A stretch of 52,228 bases of DNA, taken from NCBI GenBank assembly GCA_028718245.1, contig JAQUME010000002.1, positions 1 to 52,228 on the forward strand, given 5' to 3'. Made by a program: the position numbers and the translations under genes. Origin of the DNA: Candidatus Omnitrophota bacterium (lineage in GTDB: Bacteria; Omnitrophota; Gorgyraeia; Gygaellales; Profunditerraquicolaceae). Below the pieces are notes generated by a model. That model saw only the letters and a list, made by a program, of their open reading frames with translations. It searched no databases and was not told the origin of the DNA. This document shows, piece after piece, positions 51,820 through 52,228 of this stretch; within the stretch, counting starts at the first letter, position 1; each line of letters opens with the position of its first letter.

Positions 51820-52228
51820 TTCTTTTCTTTCTCTTTTTCTTTGGGTTCTTCTGCTGTCTTGCCTTCTTCAGGAACCTCCTTCTTTTCTTTGATCACTTCG
51901 GGTTCCTGCTTTTCCTCCCCTTCAACAGCTTCTACCGGCACTTCTTCTTTCATTGGAGCAGCCACATGCAAGACGATCCCTGACGGGTCATTCAAGACCT
52001 TGACCCCGGCAGGTAAAACTATATCCTTTACGTGAATAGCATCCCCCATTTTTAAGGCGCTGACATCCACCTCTATATTCTTGGGGATATTCGTCGGAAG
52101 ACACTCCACCTCGATCTCCCAGAGTATGTGCTCTAATGAGCCGCCCTCCTGTTTGACGCCGACAGCCTCGCCTTTGGCCTCAACAGGGACATTGACCTTG
52201 ATCGCCTCGGTAAGAGAGACCTCGTTCA
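51816..52228 (-). CDS. rplY: 50S ribosomal protein L25/Ctc (5' end outside the window)
   Basis: The frame stays open to the window edge upstream of the track ATG (..VPVEAKGEAVGVKQEGGSLEHILWEIEVECLPTNIP). Acidic/Lys-rich Ctc-type C-terminal tail. Confidence 0.8.
   Translation of the reverse strand, partial: NEVSLTEAIKVNVPVEAKGEAVGVKQEGGSLEHILWEIEVECLPTNIPKNIEVDVSALKMGDAIHVKDIVLPAGVKVLNDPSGIVLHVAAPMKEEVPVEAVEGEEKQEPEVIKEKKEVPEEGKTAEEPKEKEKEKK

Noticed and set aside
1-52228. CRISPR arrays or other long tandem repeats.
   Set aside because: I saw no regularly spaced direct repeats of 25 to 40 bp on either strand. The only tandem repetition is the coding repeat at 26290..26460.

Overview
All calls come from reading the sequence and ORF translations by eye. 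No similarity searches were run, so family names are motif-based recognitions.

The window is a compact, almost entirely minus-strand-coded stretch of a diderm (LPS/BAM-containing) bacterial chromosome. By eye it is about half G+C.

Core genes:
- Replication and repair: ABC-F ATPase, recR, dnaX, and rpsF-ssb-rpsR-rplI-dnaB.
- Translation: pth and L25.
- Envelope: bamA-skp-lpxD-lpxC/fabZ-lpxA-lpxI.
- tRNA-related: tadA flanked by tRNA-Arg(ACG) and tRNA-Ser(GCT). An archease-rtcB-serS operon continues into three tRNA-Ser genes interleaved with membrane-protein genes.
- Other: glycogen phosphorylase, a two-component pair and a CPA2 antiporter.
- Nine tRNA genes in total.

The accessory part is a visibly AT-rich island of about 18.2 kb (4582..22757).
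- It lies between the dnaX side and tRNA-Ser(GCT) and is bounded by a 10-bp direct repeat, AATTCGAACC.
- Removing the island in silico rebuilds a perfect 13-bp-arm stem-loop just downstream of the tRNA.
- It carries a large serine recombinase at its right end. That ORF has no stop inside the island and runs into the tRNA.
- Across the repeat, the ORF is in frame with a start-less open frame at the left end (4583..4795) that encodes a resolvase-type HTH. This suggests the recombinase C-terminus is swapped by integration and excision.

The island has no phage structural genes. It carries a co-oriented stack of defence-like modules:
- An XRE regulator, a 1634-aa SF1 helicase with a Vsr/DUF559-like nuclease, and a DUF2779 nuclease.
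- An RmuC-like nuclease.
- A module of a Zn-ribbon HEPN protein, an AbiEii-family nucleotidyltransferase with a fused C-terminal extension, and a Zn-ribbon HTH protein.
- A Septu-like ATPase/HNH pair.
- A TIR protein with a C-terminal TM helix.
- A small PD-(D/E)xK nuclease with a divergent XRE regulator and two operator palindromes.

The candidates I consider most novel are the integration-split recombinase, the HEPN/AbiEii-fusion module and the helicase-nuclease/DUF2779 operon.
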